From: Octopus vulgaris | Taxonomy: Eukaryota | DNA: 64,000 nt | Assembly (NCBI GenBank): GCA_951406725.2 | Contig: OX597825.1 | Coordinates: 60,946,001 to 61,010,000 of the forward strand | Direction of reading: 5' to 3' | Shown: piece by piece, positions 38,180 through 51,377 of the stretch | Position numbering within the stretch: position 1 is the first letter of the stretch | How the letters are laid out: each line of letters starts with the position of its first letter | Notes under the pieces: generated by a model | Told to the model about the DNA's origin: nothing | The model's input: the letters and a program-made list of their open reading frames with translations, nothing else | Databases searched by the model: none | Program-made: the position numbers and the translations under genes

Positions 38180-39720
38180 GTCAGCAATTCCTTTCGCCTT
38201 CCTCCTACTCCATTTGCCATTTATTGCCTTCAACTCGCAAGTTCTACTGTCTTTCAGCTGTTTGTTCCTTTATTGCTTAACCCTCTCTTTCCTTTTCCTC
38301 CTTCACCCATTCTCTTTCTTTCTCTTTCCTCTCTCGTCTCTCTCGTCTCTCTCTCATCTCTCTCGTCATACTCTTATTTCTTCTACTTTCTCCTCCCTCT
38401 CTCTCTTCCTTCCTTCCTCATCCTGTCTCCACCTCTTTTGTTTTCCCTTCTTTCCACGTGTTCTGCTACCAATCTTTTCTATGACTATCACCTTTGCATT
38501 ATGTTTCTTTATCGTTGTTGTTGTTGCTGCTACTGCTGCTGCTGCTGCTTCAAATGACGCTGCTACTGTTGTTGCTGTTGTTGCTGTGGTTGGAGTAGTT
38601 GTTTTATTGCTCAATGATTAAAGAGCTTCATCACTTTAAAATAATATTTAATTATTGCTATAAAAATAAGTTATTGATTATTTCAGCTGCGTGGAGAATG
38701 ATAGAGTGATGGAGAGAGACAGAGGGGTAGAGAGAGTTAATATGAGAGAAAGAGTAAGATAGTGGAAAGTAAAGAGGGAGAGAGAAAGAGAGAGGGGCGG
38801 GAAAAGAAAGAAAGAAAGAAAGACAAAAAGACTGAAAGAAAGAAGAAAAGATCGAAATGGTACAAACTGAATTAGACGATGGGTGAGTAATTCGAAAGGA
38901 GGAAGAGATGGGGAGGAAGTCATTAAAATTTGGAAAATAAATGAATGAACGAAAAAACAAGGGAAAGCAAATGATGAAAAGATTGACAGACGAGACAATA
39001 AAAGTAAAGAAAAAGTTTAAAAGAAAGAAAAAGTTTAAAAGGAAAGAAAAGGAAATGAAAGAAATGCGAGATTGAAAAGGAATGTGAGGCGGGGAGAAAG
39101 TATGAAACGTTGAGAAACTTGAGTTAACGTAAGATGTATAGAATGAAATACAGAGAAAGAAGTAAAGAAGGAGGATAAGGAAGAGGAGGATGGAGAGGAA
39201 GAAAATGGCAAAGGCAAAATATAGGGGGGGAGTGACAGAAGTAGAGAAAGAAATATAATAAATAGTAAAAAAATAAAATGGAAGTTAAATTGAGTGAAAG
39301 GATTTAAAAATAAATAGATGACTTGTTATAAGTGTTTAAAATCATAGATGGTGATTCGTAACACTATGAAAACTTAATATAGTGGAGGGTGAGAGAGCGC
39401 GAGGGAAAGAGAGAGAGAGAGGGGGGACTCGAAATAGTACGAAATTTTAAAACAAAATGAGTGGAAAATACGAAGAGAGGAAAAAGTGTAAAACATTAAA
39501 GACAGACAGAAAAAAAAATAAATGAAAGAAAGAAGTAAAGAAAGAAAGAAGGAAAGAAACAAAGAAACAAAGAAACAAAGGAGGAAAGACAGAAACAAGG
39601 AAAGAAAGAGAAGGAAGGGCAAAAGAGAAGCCGAATGGTTGAAAGATTTGTAGAAAAGAAGGAAGGAAAGAGTTAAGAAAAAAGAAAAAGTAAAAGGAAG
39701 ATGTAAAGACAATAGGTAGA
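38180..39720. repeat. Low-complexity polypyrimidine (38180-38460) and polypurine (38690-39720) tracts
   Basis: Direct inspection; decayed CT/GA/GAAA repeats. Confidence 0.85.
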
Positions 39721-40529
39721 ATATAGATAAACTAGAGATTAAAATGAATCAGGGAGTACAAAAGTAGAGTACTTCGGGATAGAGTACAAGTGCTTTAAAA
39801 ATCGCAAATCTTTGAAGACATAAGGTTTTAATGTTCAACATGACGTTGTCGTTTGTGGTGGTGGTGATGGTGGTGGTGGTGGTGGTAGTGGTAGTGGTGG
39901 TGCTGGTTATGGTTGTGGTGAGAATGGTGGGTGTGGTAACAGTAGTGGTACCGGTAGTGGTAGTGGTCTAGGTGTTGTTATTGTTGTTCTTGTTGGCGGT
40001 GGTGGTGGTAGCAGATAGACAAAATCGATAAAAGAGCGGACAAAATGGTGACAGCAATTAGTTGATAATTAACTTTTAGACAGATCAAGAATCACGTCTT
40101 ACTCAACGGCATGTTTCGTACGGTTTGATGCTCTTCCTATCGCTCACAACATAATGCACTATGTGTGTTTTCTTGTGACACTAACTCTACAATGGATGTC
40201 TTGTCCATAACAAGACTGGAAAATCCTCTCAACTTTTCCTTATCTGCGTTCTTGCAACAGTCATTTCGCTTAGTGTACTGGATGCATTTTATCGTATCCA
40301 ACACTAGAGACACTGTTTTGTCTCTGACAAGAGTAAAGAGCCTGCTGCACCTAACGTTGTCTCTCTTCATATGTTTAATTGCGACAGAGGGATATCTTGC
40401 CCTCGAAATATTGGACAAAGAATAATGAAAGACATCCAGTGTCAGTGGGTGAAAGACGGGAAAGTAGTGGAAAGTCTAAGAGGGATAAATGCCCGAAAGT
40501 ATGCTATTTCAAAAGTAAGGGAAGAGAGA

Positions 40530-41405
40530 CAGTAACAATTTTAGGTGCGTGAATTGGTGCATTGTCATCCTGAAAGATTGCGTTTCGACAACCATAGCAT
40601 GAATTTGATCAGATAAAATTAAGATATAGCCCCCCACCCCGGGTCATCACAGATCCTCCTCCATGTTTAACAGTTAGAAGAAAGCAGTCTGTGTCAATTT
40701 TTTTTTTTTGCTGTCTCTACACGTATATTCGGTCAGTGGTTGGAAATAGGGTAAAGAATAACTCGTCCGAGAAAATAACATTCTTCCACTAATCTAGGGA
40801 CAAATTCTGTAGGTTTTTACTCCACTCCAAACGCTTTGTAACATTTGTTTTTGAAAGTAGTGGTTTTCTCATTGCAGCCCTCGCGTGAAATTCGGCTTTG
40901 TGAAGCTCCCGGCGAACAGTTTTTGTGGAAAACTGAGTTCTCGAGGTGGTCGTTAAGCTCTGCAGTAATTTTGGGATCTGTACTATTGTGATCCTTTCTA
41001 ACAATTCGCGTAGGAGTCCGACGGTCCCTGTCTGAAAGTTTTCGTTTCCTTCCGGAGTTTTGTTTCGACGAGGAGGTTTTTCCCTCTTTCTCAAAGCCTG
41101 TTTTTACTTTCGAGACAGTACTTCGTGATACACCAAACATTTCGGCTGTTTTCGTTACGCTTGCGCCTGCCATACGAGTATCATCAATTCGACCTCTTTA
41201 AAAGTTCGATAAATCTGTTATTTTAATGAATTTTAATTACCTTTTTTCTGATGATATCTGGAAAGAAACCGCAATTTTAGCAAAACATATTAAGCAACAC
41301 TAGTAATAAATAAATAAATAAAATCAAGCTTTGGTAGTTTTATGGATATTTCAAAATTATGATGCAATGATGCTAGGTGTTTCCATTATTTTGTCCAACA
41401 CTTCA
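40530..41405 (-). mobile_element. Tc1-like transposon, 5' two-thirds, decayed
   Basis: Terminus gtgttggacaaaataatggaaacacc; AGASVTKTAEMFGVSRSTVSKV...GRKRKLSDRDRR, TVRRELHK...RKPLL, WKNVIFSDE, VKHGGGSVM, QDDNAPIH. Confidence 0.92.
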
Positions 41406-41429
41406 TGAAATGTGTATCAAATTGAAAAT

Positions 41430-41822
41430 ACGCTGTCAGATCATTCTGCAGCCTAGCGTTGGTCTACTCATGGGCAGTTCCTTGCATAGGAACCATCTCC
41501 ATCACTCCCTATAAGAACTAGGAGGGCCCGAACTCTCCTCTATCGCAGTAAAGTAGATTCGCCAACCATGACAAAGAATGAATACTAGAGTGGTTTCCCA
41601 CTTGCATACTCCAGTCAGGTAGGATGCATTGAACCGGAAGATATACCGTAAAAGCCTTTCCGATTACACATCAATGACTCTGTCACTCTCCTACTCACAG
41701 GAAAACGTAAAATGAAACGTTTTGCTCAAAAGCACAATGCACCGCTCGGTCTGGGAATCGAACCCACGATCTAGCGATCGGGAGTGCCAAAACACAACCG
41801 TTTGACATTAGGCCACGCGCCT
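41430..41822 (-). mobile_element. tRNA-derived SINE
   Basis: Minus strand aggcgcgtggcctaatg...gggttcgattccc...ttgagcaaaac head; 3' boundary approximate. Confidence 0.7.
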
Positions 41823-44800
41823 TTTGTCCAACCATCAATATAAATATATATATAATGTCGGACCGGTATATGTGAGTGTGTGTGTGTGCATGTAAGGATG
41901 TATGTATATATACTTGTGTGTGTATGTATGTATATATGTATGTGTATGTGTGCGTATGCCAGCGTATTTGTAATTTATGTAAGGAATAAAATTTATTACA
42001 TGTCTGTGCGTGTGTATGTATGTATGTGTGCACGTACGTACTTATGTATGTATGTATGTATGTATGTATGTATGTATGCGTGTATGTATTTATGAATGTA
42101 TGTGTGTGTGTATAGGTTTGAATAGTGTAGTTTATAAAAAGCATTGTGAAATACGAGTTAAATTGTTTTAGAAGCCACCACAATGCACTTGTATTATACT
42201 GGCTTCCTAAAGCGATTACATATACGTATGTGTTTGTTTGCTTGTTTTTGCATGTGTGCCTGTGAGAGCGCGCGCGATTGTGTGTGCTTGTATGAATGTG
42301 AATGTGATGCATACATTTATAGATGCACATATGAATATATGCATTTACGTGTGCACATACTCATGCGTATACATATATAAAAATATATATGCATAAATGT
42401 GCATACACACATCTAATACAATATATGCATATACATACATACATACATATATATTATATATATGTATATATGTATATATATATCCATACACAGATATTTT
42501 TATATGCACACATACACACACACATACATACATATCTACATATACACATACATACATATATATATATATATATTTATATAGCTTATAGCTTATTCCAGGA
42601 AAGAAATTCCTCTCGTATATCATTTCTTTGTTTGTAATCTCGTATCGCTTTCCCTCCTCGACAGCGTAATGTACCCAAAGTAATATGAATAGTTTATTTG
42701 TAAATTTCTCATAAATCTTGAAAGATTGCAAACTAAAAATAAAAACAAAAATACATTTATTTATTTTAGGTTCCGATGACAAAACTATTTTAGTTTTTTC
42801 AATATTTACAAAAAAGCATAAATAGAATTATTTTCAATATGGCCACACCTGATTTTCTGATTTACTGATTCATGGTATAATGGAGTGCCGCGCATTTATT
42901 TAGTTTTTCCTTCTGCATATTCCTTCCATGAATTCATATTACACTTCAGTTTTTGCCTTATGTGTTTGTCTGGGAAATGAATTGATTTCCCGGATAGAAA
43001 ATGTGTGTTTGTGAGTGTGTGTGTTGATTTTTACATTTTTTCTTATGGTTTTTAGTGTTGTTATTTTTTGCCCCCTTTTTAAAAACTTTTTCCGTTTTTT
43101 TTTCTTTTTTACGTTCTAATCTACGTCGTTTTCATCGGTATTCTATCCATCCATCTTCAGGAGATGTTACTTAACTAGGCTAAAGTAATGAAGCTGACTG
43201 ATTCCTTAATTTGTTCAAATCAGCGGCTTAATTTACCAGAAAATATATCTAACTTCATACATATCATCAGCTAAATTTGTTCTACGACAATAAATTTATC
43301 CTCTTCTAGAACTGTTGCATAAAAGTTCACACGCTGTTTTGCATATCAATAATTAATTTGACAATTGCATTTTTATTTTCTTTATTATGAATTATTTGTT
43401 AATGTATCAGATTTTAAAAAATAATATTTCTGCTCATGCCAAAATAAACTGATGATGATAGCAGAGAATATCTGACGAAATATTCAATCCACAACATATC
43501 CATGTTTAAGAAATAGTTTTGAGAAACAGTTATCATAATGTATTGGAAATATGAGATGCCATATCCCTCTTATCATATATTCTGATTCATTTCACTTCTT
43601 TCAACAAATTCCACTACGAATTAGATGATAAAGGTGACACGGTTCAAAGGTTATGATCGAAACAGGCCTTATATGCTAGGTAACTTAGGATGCCATCTCT
43701 AGGCATGCTAAATTGGGCAGTCCCATAAGTAGCTTACTCAACTTTCTTACCCTATTAAAAGTACAAAAACTTAAATAGAGCAAGATCATTACTGAAACAA
43801 AGAAGAATGGAAGATTTGGCTGAGGGAGAAAATGTGGAGAGGGTCTTCCCGGAATTATATAGTCAAGTGATTTAGAGTGAAATATTTCAAACAATACCGC
43901 TTTACTCAGGATAATCATGATTATAAACTAGATATTCCTTGTTCGTAAATTTATTATACGTTTCCGACTGCATTTTCCAGCTGGTCAAATGAAGATTTTC
44001 GCCGAGGTAGATTGTAGAAATTTTGGAGAAGGATGGTTTCATTGTGCTGAATAATTTGGCGGAAAAACCTGGCTAAGATAATATACTTGACTTCCAATTC
44101 AAGTGTATTGAGTTAATACTTACTGTAAGTTTTTTTCTGAAACCTCTAGGAAGATCACTTTGATTTATATGCCTCGGTACATCTATCTTTTATAACTATC
44201 TTTTAGAGTTATAAATAATATTGCAAAATAACGAATGTCTTTTTCAAAGTAAAGGGAGGAGAAACATCTTAAAGTCATACAAGCTGTTTAAAAGTAGACG
44301 GCTTTCCTATTGGGCTACGTTGATTTGCAAAGATATTAAACTATAAGATAGATGCGTATGCATTGCAGAACAGAGCTGAAATTCTAGTATCCTGAGATAT
44401 CACAACTAGCGGTGATAGCAGATCACTCTATTTTATGGTTTCAGAAAAAATATCATAGAAAACTACGTCCAAATAGTGATACAATTTAGAGAAAAGTAAA
44501 TGCAAATGAGTCTTAACGCTATATGAATGTGCGTGTATGTGTGTATGTATTATGTACGCATTCATAGATACACATACACGTATGTATATATATATATATT
44601 TATATGCACATGAACACATATCCATAAACACACGAAGTATCAATAAAGTATCTCAACTTTGAAAATTTTCGAAAAATTATTTTCTATGAAAATCGATGTG
44701 GTGAGCTGATAATAATGCATAAATATTTCAATGGTAAATAGATAGACGTTATAGTATAGTGTGATATTCCGGGATTAGTTTACTGTTGTTTCATTTTACG

Positions 44801-44869
44801 ACTCTTTACAATAGCAATGAAGGCAATGTTTTTTTTATGTATTGTTAGAGAATCTTAGAATGTATTGCA

Positions 44870-45290
44870 TATATATGGACAATGATAGAAATCAAATTAT
44901 CTGGTTTAATCCTCCTTATAAGTTGCGTGACACTAACCCGGTAGCTAAATTATTCTTTAACCTTCTGCAAAACGTATGCCTTCTTATCACAAATATTACA
45001 AAAGTTTTCTTAAAGTCTTTCATAAAATATCCTACTCTATCACATCAAATGTTTCACAAGCATTGACGAATATGAACCCAAGAAAACTCCATGGTTCTCA
45101 TTCAACTGCCTAAAATTTACAAACTGACTATAGTAGATGGTTGAATAAGCACACACTGTTTTAACGAATTATTTACTTTGAAATGAACACAAATAAAATG
45201 TCTCAATCTTACATGGGACTAACTGCAAATTCATTCAAAACATCGTAAATGAAGCATAGAAACATGTCCCAATCATCTTGGAAGTACTCA
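44870..45290 (+). mobile_element. Penelope-like element (Neptune-type) linker/GIY-YIG remnant
   Basis: RNQIIWFNPPY...TNPVAKLFFNLL and YMGLTANSFKT motifs. Confidence 0.75.
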
Positions 45291-45291
45291 C

Positions 45292-45525
45292 AAGGCGGCG
45301 AGCTGGCAGAAACGTAAGCAACCGGGCGAAATGCGTAGCCGTATTTCGACTGCCGTTACGTTCTGAGTTCAAATTCCGCCGAGGTCGACTTTGCCTTTCA
45401 TTCTTTCGGGATCGATAAATTAAGTACCAGTTACGCACTGGGGTTTATGTAATCGACTTGATCCGTTTGTCTGTCCTTGTTTGTCCCCTCTTTGTTTAGC
45501 CCCTTGTGGGTAGTAAAAAGAAATA
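45292..45525 (+). mobile_element. SINE family S2, complete copy
   Basis: aaggcggcgagctggcagaaacg head, B-box gagttcaaattcc, tail gtttagccccttgtgggtagtaaaaagaaata. Confidence 0.92.
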
Positions 45526-46000
45526 TATATGAAATATAAGAAATGGTCCCCATAGCATACCAAAAGAAACCGATTGAATAAGTTTCACATATAAAAGATG
45601 GCTTCTGGAATTGATTTGTGTGACTAATCCCTACGAAGCAGGTCCCAGCACAGCTACAGTCCGATGACTTGGACGAACCAAAACATAAAAGGTACATACA
45701 CAACTACACGCATGCATATGCACAAATGTATATAGACACATATATAAATATATATTGCACTCATACATCCGATTTATCTGACTTAACAATATCCGCCTGA
45801 CCAATCCAGATTGGAAAACAGAAGTTAGATGGTTAAAACGACGACGGTGATGGTGATGATGATTAATGTGATAGTGATATATTTCTATACGTAAACATAC
45901 ATGCATACTCATATGTGTGTGTGTGTGAATTTATGTGTATAAATGTATCACCTCTGTGTGTGTGTTTGTGCACGCATGCGCGTGTGCATACATAATCAAT

Positions 46001-46138
46001 ATAAGCAGCAGGATATCAAGTAGTGATGCAGTACGACCGTTTAGAGTGGCTCCATTTAATTGAACAATGCATTCTTCAATTGAATGGAGTCGCTTGAAAC
46101 GGTGGTACTGCATCACTACTTGATATTCTGCCGCTTAT
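46001..46138. repeat. Inverted repeat, 64 bp arms, 10 bp loop
   Basis: ataagcagcagg...aattgaa / ttcaattg...ccgcttat, 8 substitutions by my count. Confidence 0.92.
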
Positions 46139-46231
46139 TTTCATTTTACTTACCTTCGAGCTGTTAGGATAATATCAGACTGACTTTGTGCTTCAACTTA
46201 AGTTCCTAATTCAACTGAAACTCAATTATTT

Positions 46232-46285
<54 letters not shown>

Positions 46286-46340
46286 TTAGCATTGTGAGAC
46301 TAATATCCTGGTGAAGAATTCAAAATATATATTAAAATTC

Positions 46341-46576
46341 GATGACAAAAGAATAAATGATTATCTTATGAACTTCACTAGATTACAGTTTTTTCTGCAA
46401 TAAGATGCAGTGGACACATAGTTGAATGGTTTAGTAACACCTTATTGACTAGTGAAGATTTTGATGAAGCTCTGTGCTGTTACACAGGCACCCAACCATG
46501 AGTCCTCTGCGTCTTATAGTAGAAACAGTTGTAAGCTAATGAAGTTCATAAGATAATAGTTTATTCATTTGCCATC
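46341..46576. repeat. Diverged inverted repeat, ~99 bp arms, ~38 bp loop
   Basis: gatgacaaaagaataaatgattatcttatgaacttca... / ...tgaagttcataagataatagtttattcatttgccatc. Confidence 0.88.
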
Positions 46577-47277
46577 TCATTTTCTTAGGTAAACACACCC
46601 GCATATATATATATATATATATAGGTATGCACCAGTGTGCATGTGTATGTGTGCATGTGTAAGTGTAAGTGTGCTTAAAGTGCTTCATGACATTAATTCC
46701 AATATTTGATCTGCTATTACAACTGAATTGGTTGCAACTCATTAGGTTTTGCCCAGTGGTATTGCATTCATACATTTAATCATTTCAAGATGAATGGTTT
46801 ACTTTTAACGTATATTGTTTCGAAAATATCTTGCTTTAAGCTATATTTTAGACACTATATAACATTTCTTATTTCCAATTCTTTGTCAGATTATTCCGCA
46901 CAATTGCCAAACAGAAATTATAAATTGCAATACAGATTCAGAATATAGTATATTGAACCTCAGAAATTGACAGTGTGTTGTCAGCTTAATATTTTCTTTA
47001 CTTGATCAATGGTAAATCTCCATAGCTATGTCTTTCACAGTAGGGACAAAAGAGTGTCTCTACATGGTTGCTTTAAAAACTGAAGTCAGAAATTTCCTTC
47101 AATCCGTCCTCAAAGCTGCATACATTTGAAAATGTAATCTTAAACACATTATGCTTGAATAAAAAGCAGGATTGCTATAGTTAAACTATCTCTGATCTTA
47201 GATTTACTTAAATAAAAATGACTTAGCGCTCAACAAGCATAATTTCTTTGCTTCTTTACTAATTTCGACTAAGAGAA

Positions 47278-47527
47278 TTCTTTTATTTTTTTACTTGTTT
47301 CAGTCATTTGACTGCAGCCATGCTGGAGCACCGTCTTTAGTCGAACAAATCGATCCCAGGCCTCATTCTTTGTAAGCCTAGTACTTATTCTCTCGGTTGC
47401 TATTGCCGAACCACTATGTTGCAGGGACGTTAACACATCAAGCGATGTTGAGGGGACAAACACAAACACACAAACACAATCACACACACACGCACACACG
47501 CACACACACACACACTCACACACACAC

Positions 47528-47571
<44 letters not shown>

Positions 47572-47708
47572 AGCAAATCCACTCACAAGGCTTTAGTCGG
47601 CCCGGGCTATAGTAGAAGACACTTGTCCACGGTGCCACGCAGTGGGACTGAACCCGGAACCATGTGTTTGGTAAGCAAGCTACTTACCACACAGCCACTC
47701 CTACGCCT
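47278..47708 (-). mobile_element. SINE family S1
   Basis: Minus strand head aggcgtaggagtggctgtgtggtaag...gggttcagtccc, internal (TA)/(TG) repeat, 3' half conserved. Confidence 0.92.
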
Positions 47709-47804
47709 ACACAGCCACTCCTAATTCTATGTAAAAGTTTCTTATTAAGCATCAAGACATCATACTGATATATAAAATAAATGGTAACTTTTTTAGAGGG
47801 TTAA

Positions 47805-48235
47805 GCGAGGATGTGTGGTTAAGATGCTACTTCCCAACTATGTAATCTTAGGTTCAGCTCCAATGTACAGCACCTTGGGCGAGTGTTTTCAGCTATAGTT
47901 CAGAGTTAACAAAGCATCGTGGATGGATTTCCTAGATGGGAAATAAAAGAAGCCTTTCTTATATATGTGAATGTGTGTGGTTCATAAGCTTACTTTTGAA
48001 CTATATGGTCTTGAGTTCAGTTCCAGTGTGCAGGACCTTGGACAAGTGTCTTTTAATATAGTTCAGAGTTAATATTAATATAGTTCAGTGTGGGTGGATT
48101 TCGCAGATGGAAACTGAAAGAAGCCGTTCATATATGTTTGTGCATGTGTGTGTCTGCGTGTATTTCTTTGTGTTTCTGTTGCATTTGTCCCTTGTGTAGT
48201 TAAAGTTGAGTGGCTGCAACAAGTAAAAGAAAAAA
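47805..48235 (+). mobile_element. Two decayed SINE S1 heads in tandem
   Basis: tgtgtggtt...gttcag...accttgg.caagtg...ggaaa.t.aaagaagcc occurs twice. Confidence 0.65.
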
Positions 48236-48732
48236 TATAAAATACAAACCCTGGTAACCTAAAATGGAAGTCAACAATTGCTAGAAATATGGTCGGACAT
48301 TTCCACTAAGCTGAATTATTTGAGAAATAATGAGGCTTTTAGAAAGGAAGAATGTTGCTTTTATATATGATTTTTATGCTATATATTTCAAATGGTGGAT
48401 AATAATGTCTTTCTTTATTAGTTTCCAACCAACCAATTAATAGTTCACTACGTTCCTGACAACAACCTGTGTAGCAAGACATGATGTGTAACTAATTGCA
48501 TTGAAAAGGACTTTATTCCTAAAACAATATTGTTTTACACCAGTATTTAAATCCTTCACCAATGCAAATGATATAAACACAACACACACAAATGCTCATG
48601 TATATAGACACACCACCACATACATGAATACATACATACGCACGTACATACATACATACATACATACATGCATACATACATACATACATACATACATACA
48701 TACATACATACATACATACATACATACATACA

Positions 48733-48765
<33 letters not shown>

Positions 48766-49055
48766 GTCTGTCCACAATTACGTATTCTGTCTGTCCAGAA
48801 TTATATGTCTGCCTCTCATATATTTCCCATTCATAACGGCTAAGGAACTAGAAACATCAATGTCTGGGAATCCTGATATATGGCGATACTGGACAGATAT
48901 AGCGCTTTTACTCCTTTTTATCACAAGAGAAAATTTTCTCCACGGTAACTGCAGCGAATTTGCCTTTTAACAGTTGAAATATGTCACAAATATATTTTCA
49001 CTAACCTAAATTTTGCATATCTCTAAACACTGCTTGGTGCAAATATTGATGTATA

Positions 49056-49104
<49 letters not shown>

Positions 49105-49106
<2 letters not shown>

Positions 49107-49470
49107 CTTTTACTTTTTTCTATCCTTTACATGTTTCAATCATTAGACTGCAGCCTCGAAGAATTTTTAGTCAAATTTATCGACCCCAGTACTTATATTT
49201 TAAAAGCCTGATACTTATTTTATCATACACTTTTTGCTGAACTGCTAAGTTACAGGGACGTAAAGACACCAGCACTGATTGTCAAGCAGTGATGGGAACA
49301 CCCCCCCCATACACACACATATATACAATATACAGGCTTCTTTCACTTTCTGTCAACCAATTCCACTCTTCGATCACCCCAAAGCTATAGTAGAAGACAT
49401 TTGCCCAAAACATGTGCAGTGGAACTGAACCAAGAACCAAATGGTTGGGAAGCAGATTTCTTACCAAAGT
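49105..49470 (-). mobile_element. SINE family S1, decayed
   Basis: gctaagttacagggacgtaaa, ctatagtagaagaca, gaactgaacc match the family. Confidence 0.75.
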
Positions 49471-49497
49471 ATATATATATATGTATATATATATATG

Positions 49498-49599
<102 letters not shown>

Positions 49600-49623
49600 A
49601 TATATAATATATATATATATATA

Positions 49624-50868
49624 TCTACTATATGTGTGGAAAAGCGGTGTGTGTTTGTTTGTGGCGTTGTTATGTAAATCCTCCTACATCGTTTTATTGA
49701 TTTTGATGAAACTTGACACGTGAGTTTCATGTCTGGAAACCTCGTGATATACTTAGTGTTGAAAAAATCGATAATACGGCCCCTGAAAGGGACCTTTATA
49801 TATACCTTATGTAACTGTTTTTTTAAACACGTAAGGGACATAACTCATACCACCAACGCGATATTTTTTAAATACTCATGAGAAACAACCCATTCCATTG
49901 TTTATATTCGATTACTTTGAACCAACGATCAGCCGACCTAATTCTGCATTTCACTACTCACAGTTTTGAACTGCTAAACATTATTATTGCACTTCCTTAA
50001 TTTGTATCTCTTCATTCATACATTTCTATACATACATACATACTTCTTTGAATGCCCATTACTCCGATAATTCTGCATTTATACAGTTACGCTTTTTCCA
50101 TGACAGTAGATAAAACTTTTTATTCCACAATGTATTTGTAGTGGCTTCATGCAGGCATAGCGTGGATTCGAACCTCGATTACCAAATTTCACTTAACACT
50201 TCAACAGGGTTTTTCTCACGGTAAAACAATAGTTTTTCTATGAATGACAGCAGCAGTTATGCATTTCCCAGATGCCTCTTCTAAGCAGAATAATGTCTTT
50301 GACACTTGACCTGTCTAACCTCTTCTAGGCCACCAAGGGCTGGAATGGAGATAACAGACCTCCAACGAAATCATTGGTTCTCAACAATATGTCTATCCTT
50401 CTGGCTGCTTTTCGATAGTTATAAAAGCAAGAACTCCGCAAGCTAAATGCAATTACTGAGAGCGACCATCAGTGAGTGTGAACATTATTATTGCACTTTC
50501 TTCTAACACTTCATTTATATATATTTCTATACATATATACTACATCCATATATTTCTATACATATATATTACATTCATATATTACCTTCAATAAATTAAC
50601 CTTCATAAAGTTCACCTCTAAAATGTCACGACAACCTCCAACAACCTCTCTAGAAAACTTCCGACGACCTCTCTTGCCAACCAGCAAAAACCTCTCTTGT
50701 CAACATGCAACAATCTCTCCCTCCTCCAGTTGACAATTTTTGTACGTTTTCATGACGGTAAATACACCTTTTGTGGCAGTTATAACGAAATTGATTTCTT
50801 GTATCAGAGTAATAAGTTGTTACAATAGAACATCTTTACCACCAGGAATTACCGGGTACACCAGCTAG
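49624..50868 (+). mobile_element. Non-autonomous Helitron, ~1.25 kb, inserted in (TA)n
   Basis: 5' A|TCTACTATAT..., decayed hairpin ccaggaattaccggg, 3' CTAG|T at 50865-50868. Confidence 0.75.
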
Positions 50869-50957
50869 TATATATATATATATATATACTTATAAAATAA
50901 GGGCAAAAGAAAAATTTCTAATGCCAAATATGCCGAAAATAGACAAATTGTCAATAA

Positions 50958-51011
<54 letters not shown>

Positions 51012-51302
51012 CTTTTGCTGTCCTGGTGTTCGTATGCATTCGATCCTTCTTCCAGGAAATCTACGCTTCCAGCTTAGTTTTTCTAATGCTCGTTGCTTGG
51101 TTTTTCTTGGAGGGCTGGCCGTGATCTAGTAATCTCAAGATTAATCAGCCGAAATTACTACGATGATCCGGTTCTTGACTGAAGACTGAGGGTTTCGAAT
51201 GTCCTGTCCGTGTTTATTGTGTCGTCTTCTAAGAGTTATACGTTCTTGTCCATGTTGTATTTTTCTACATACCTTAATATATATATATATATATATATAC
51301 AA

Positions 51303-51377
<75 letters not shown>

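Noticed and set aside
40137-40425. Overlapping 93 aa and 86 aa ORFs on opposite strands
   Set aside because: No recognisable domain or splice structure; lengths are compatible with chance.
51100-51205. Hammerhead candidate (GGCTG/CAGCC-GAAA and a downstream CTGAAGA)
   Set aside because: Core elements are not arranged in a foldable order with matching helices; at most a decayed pLTR.
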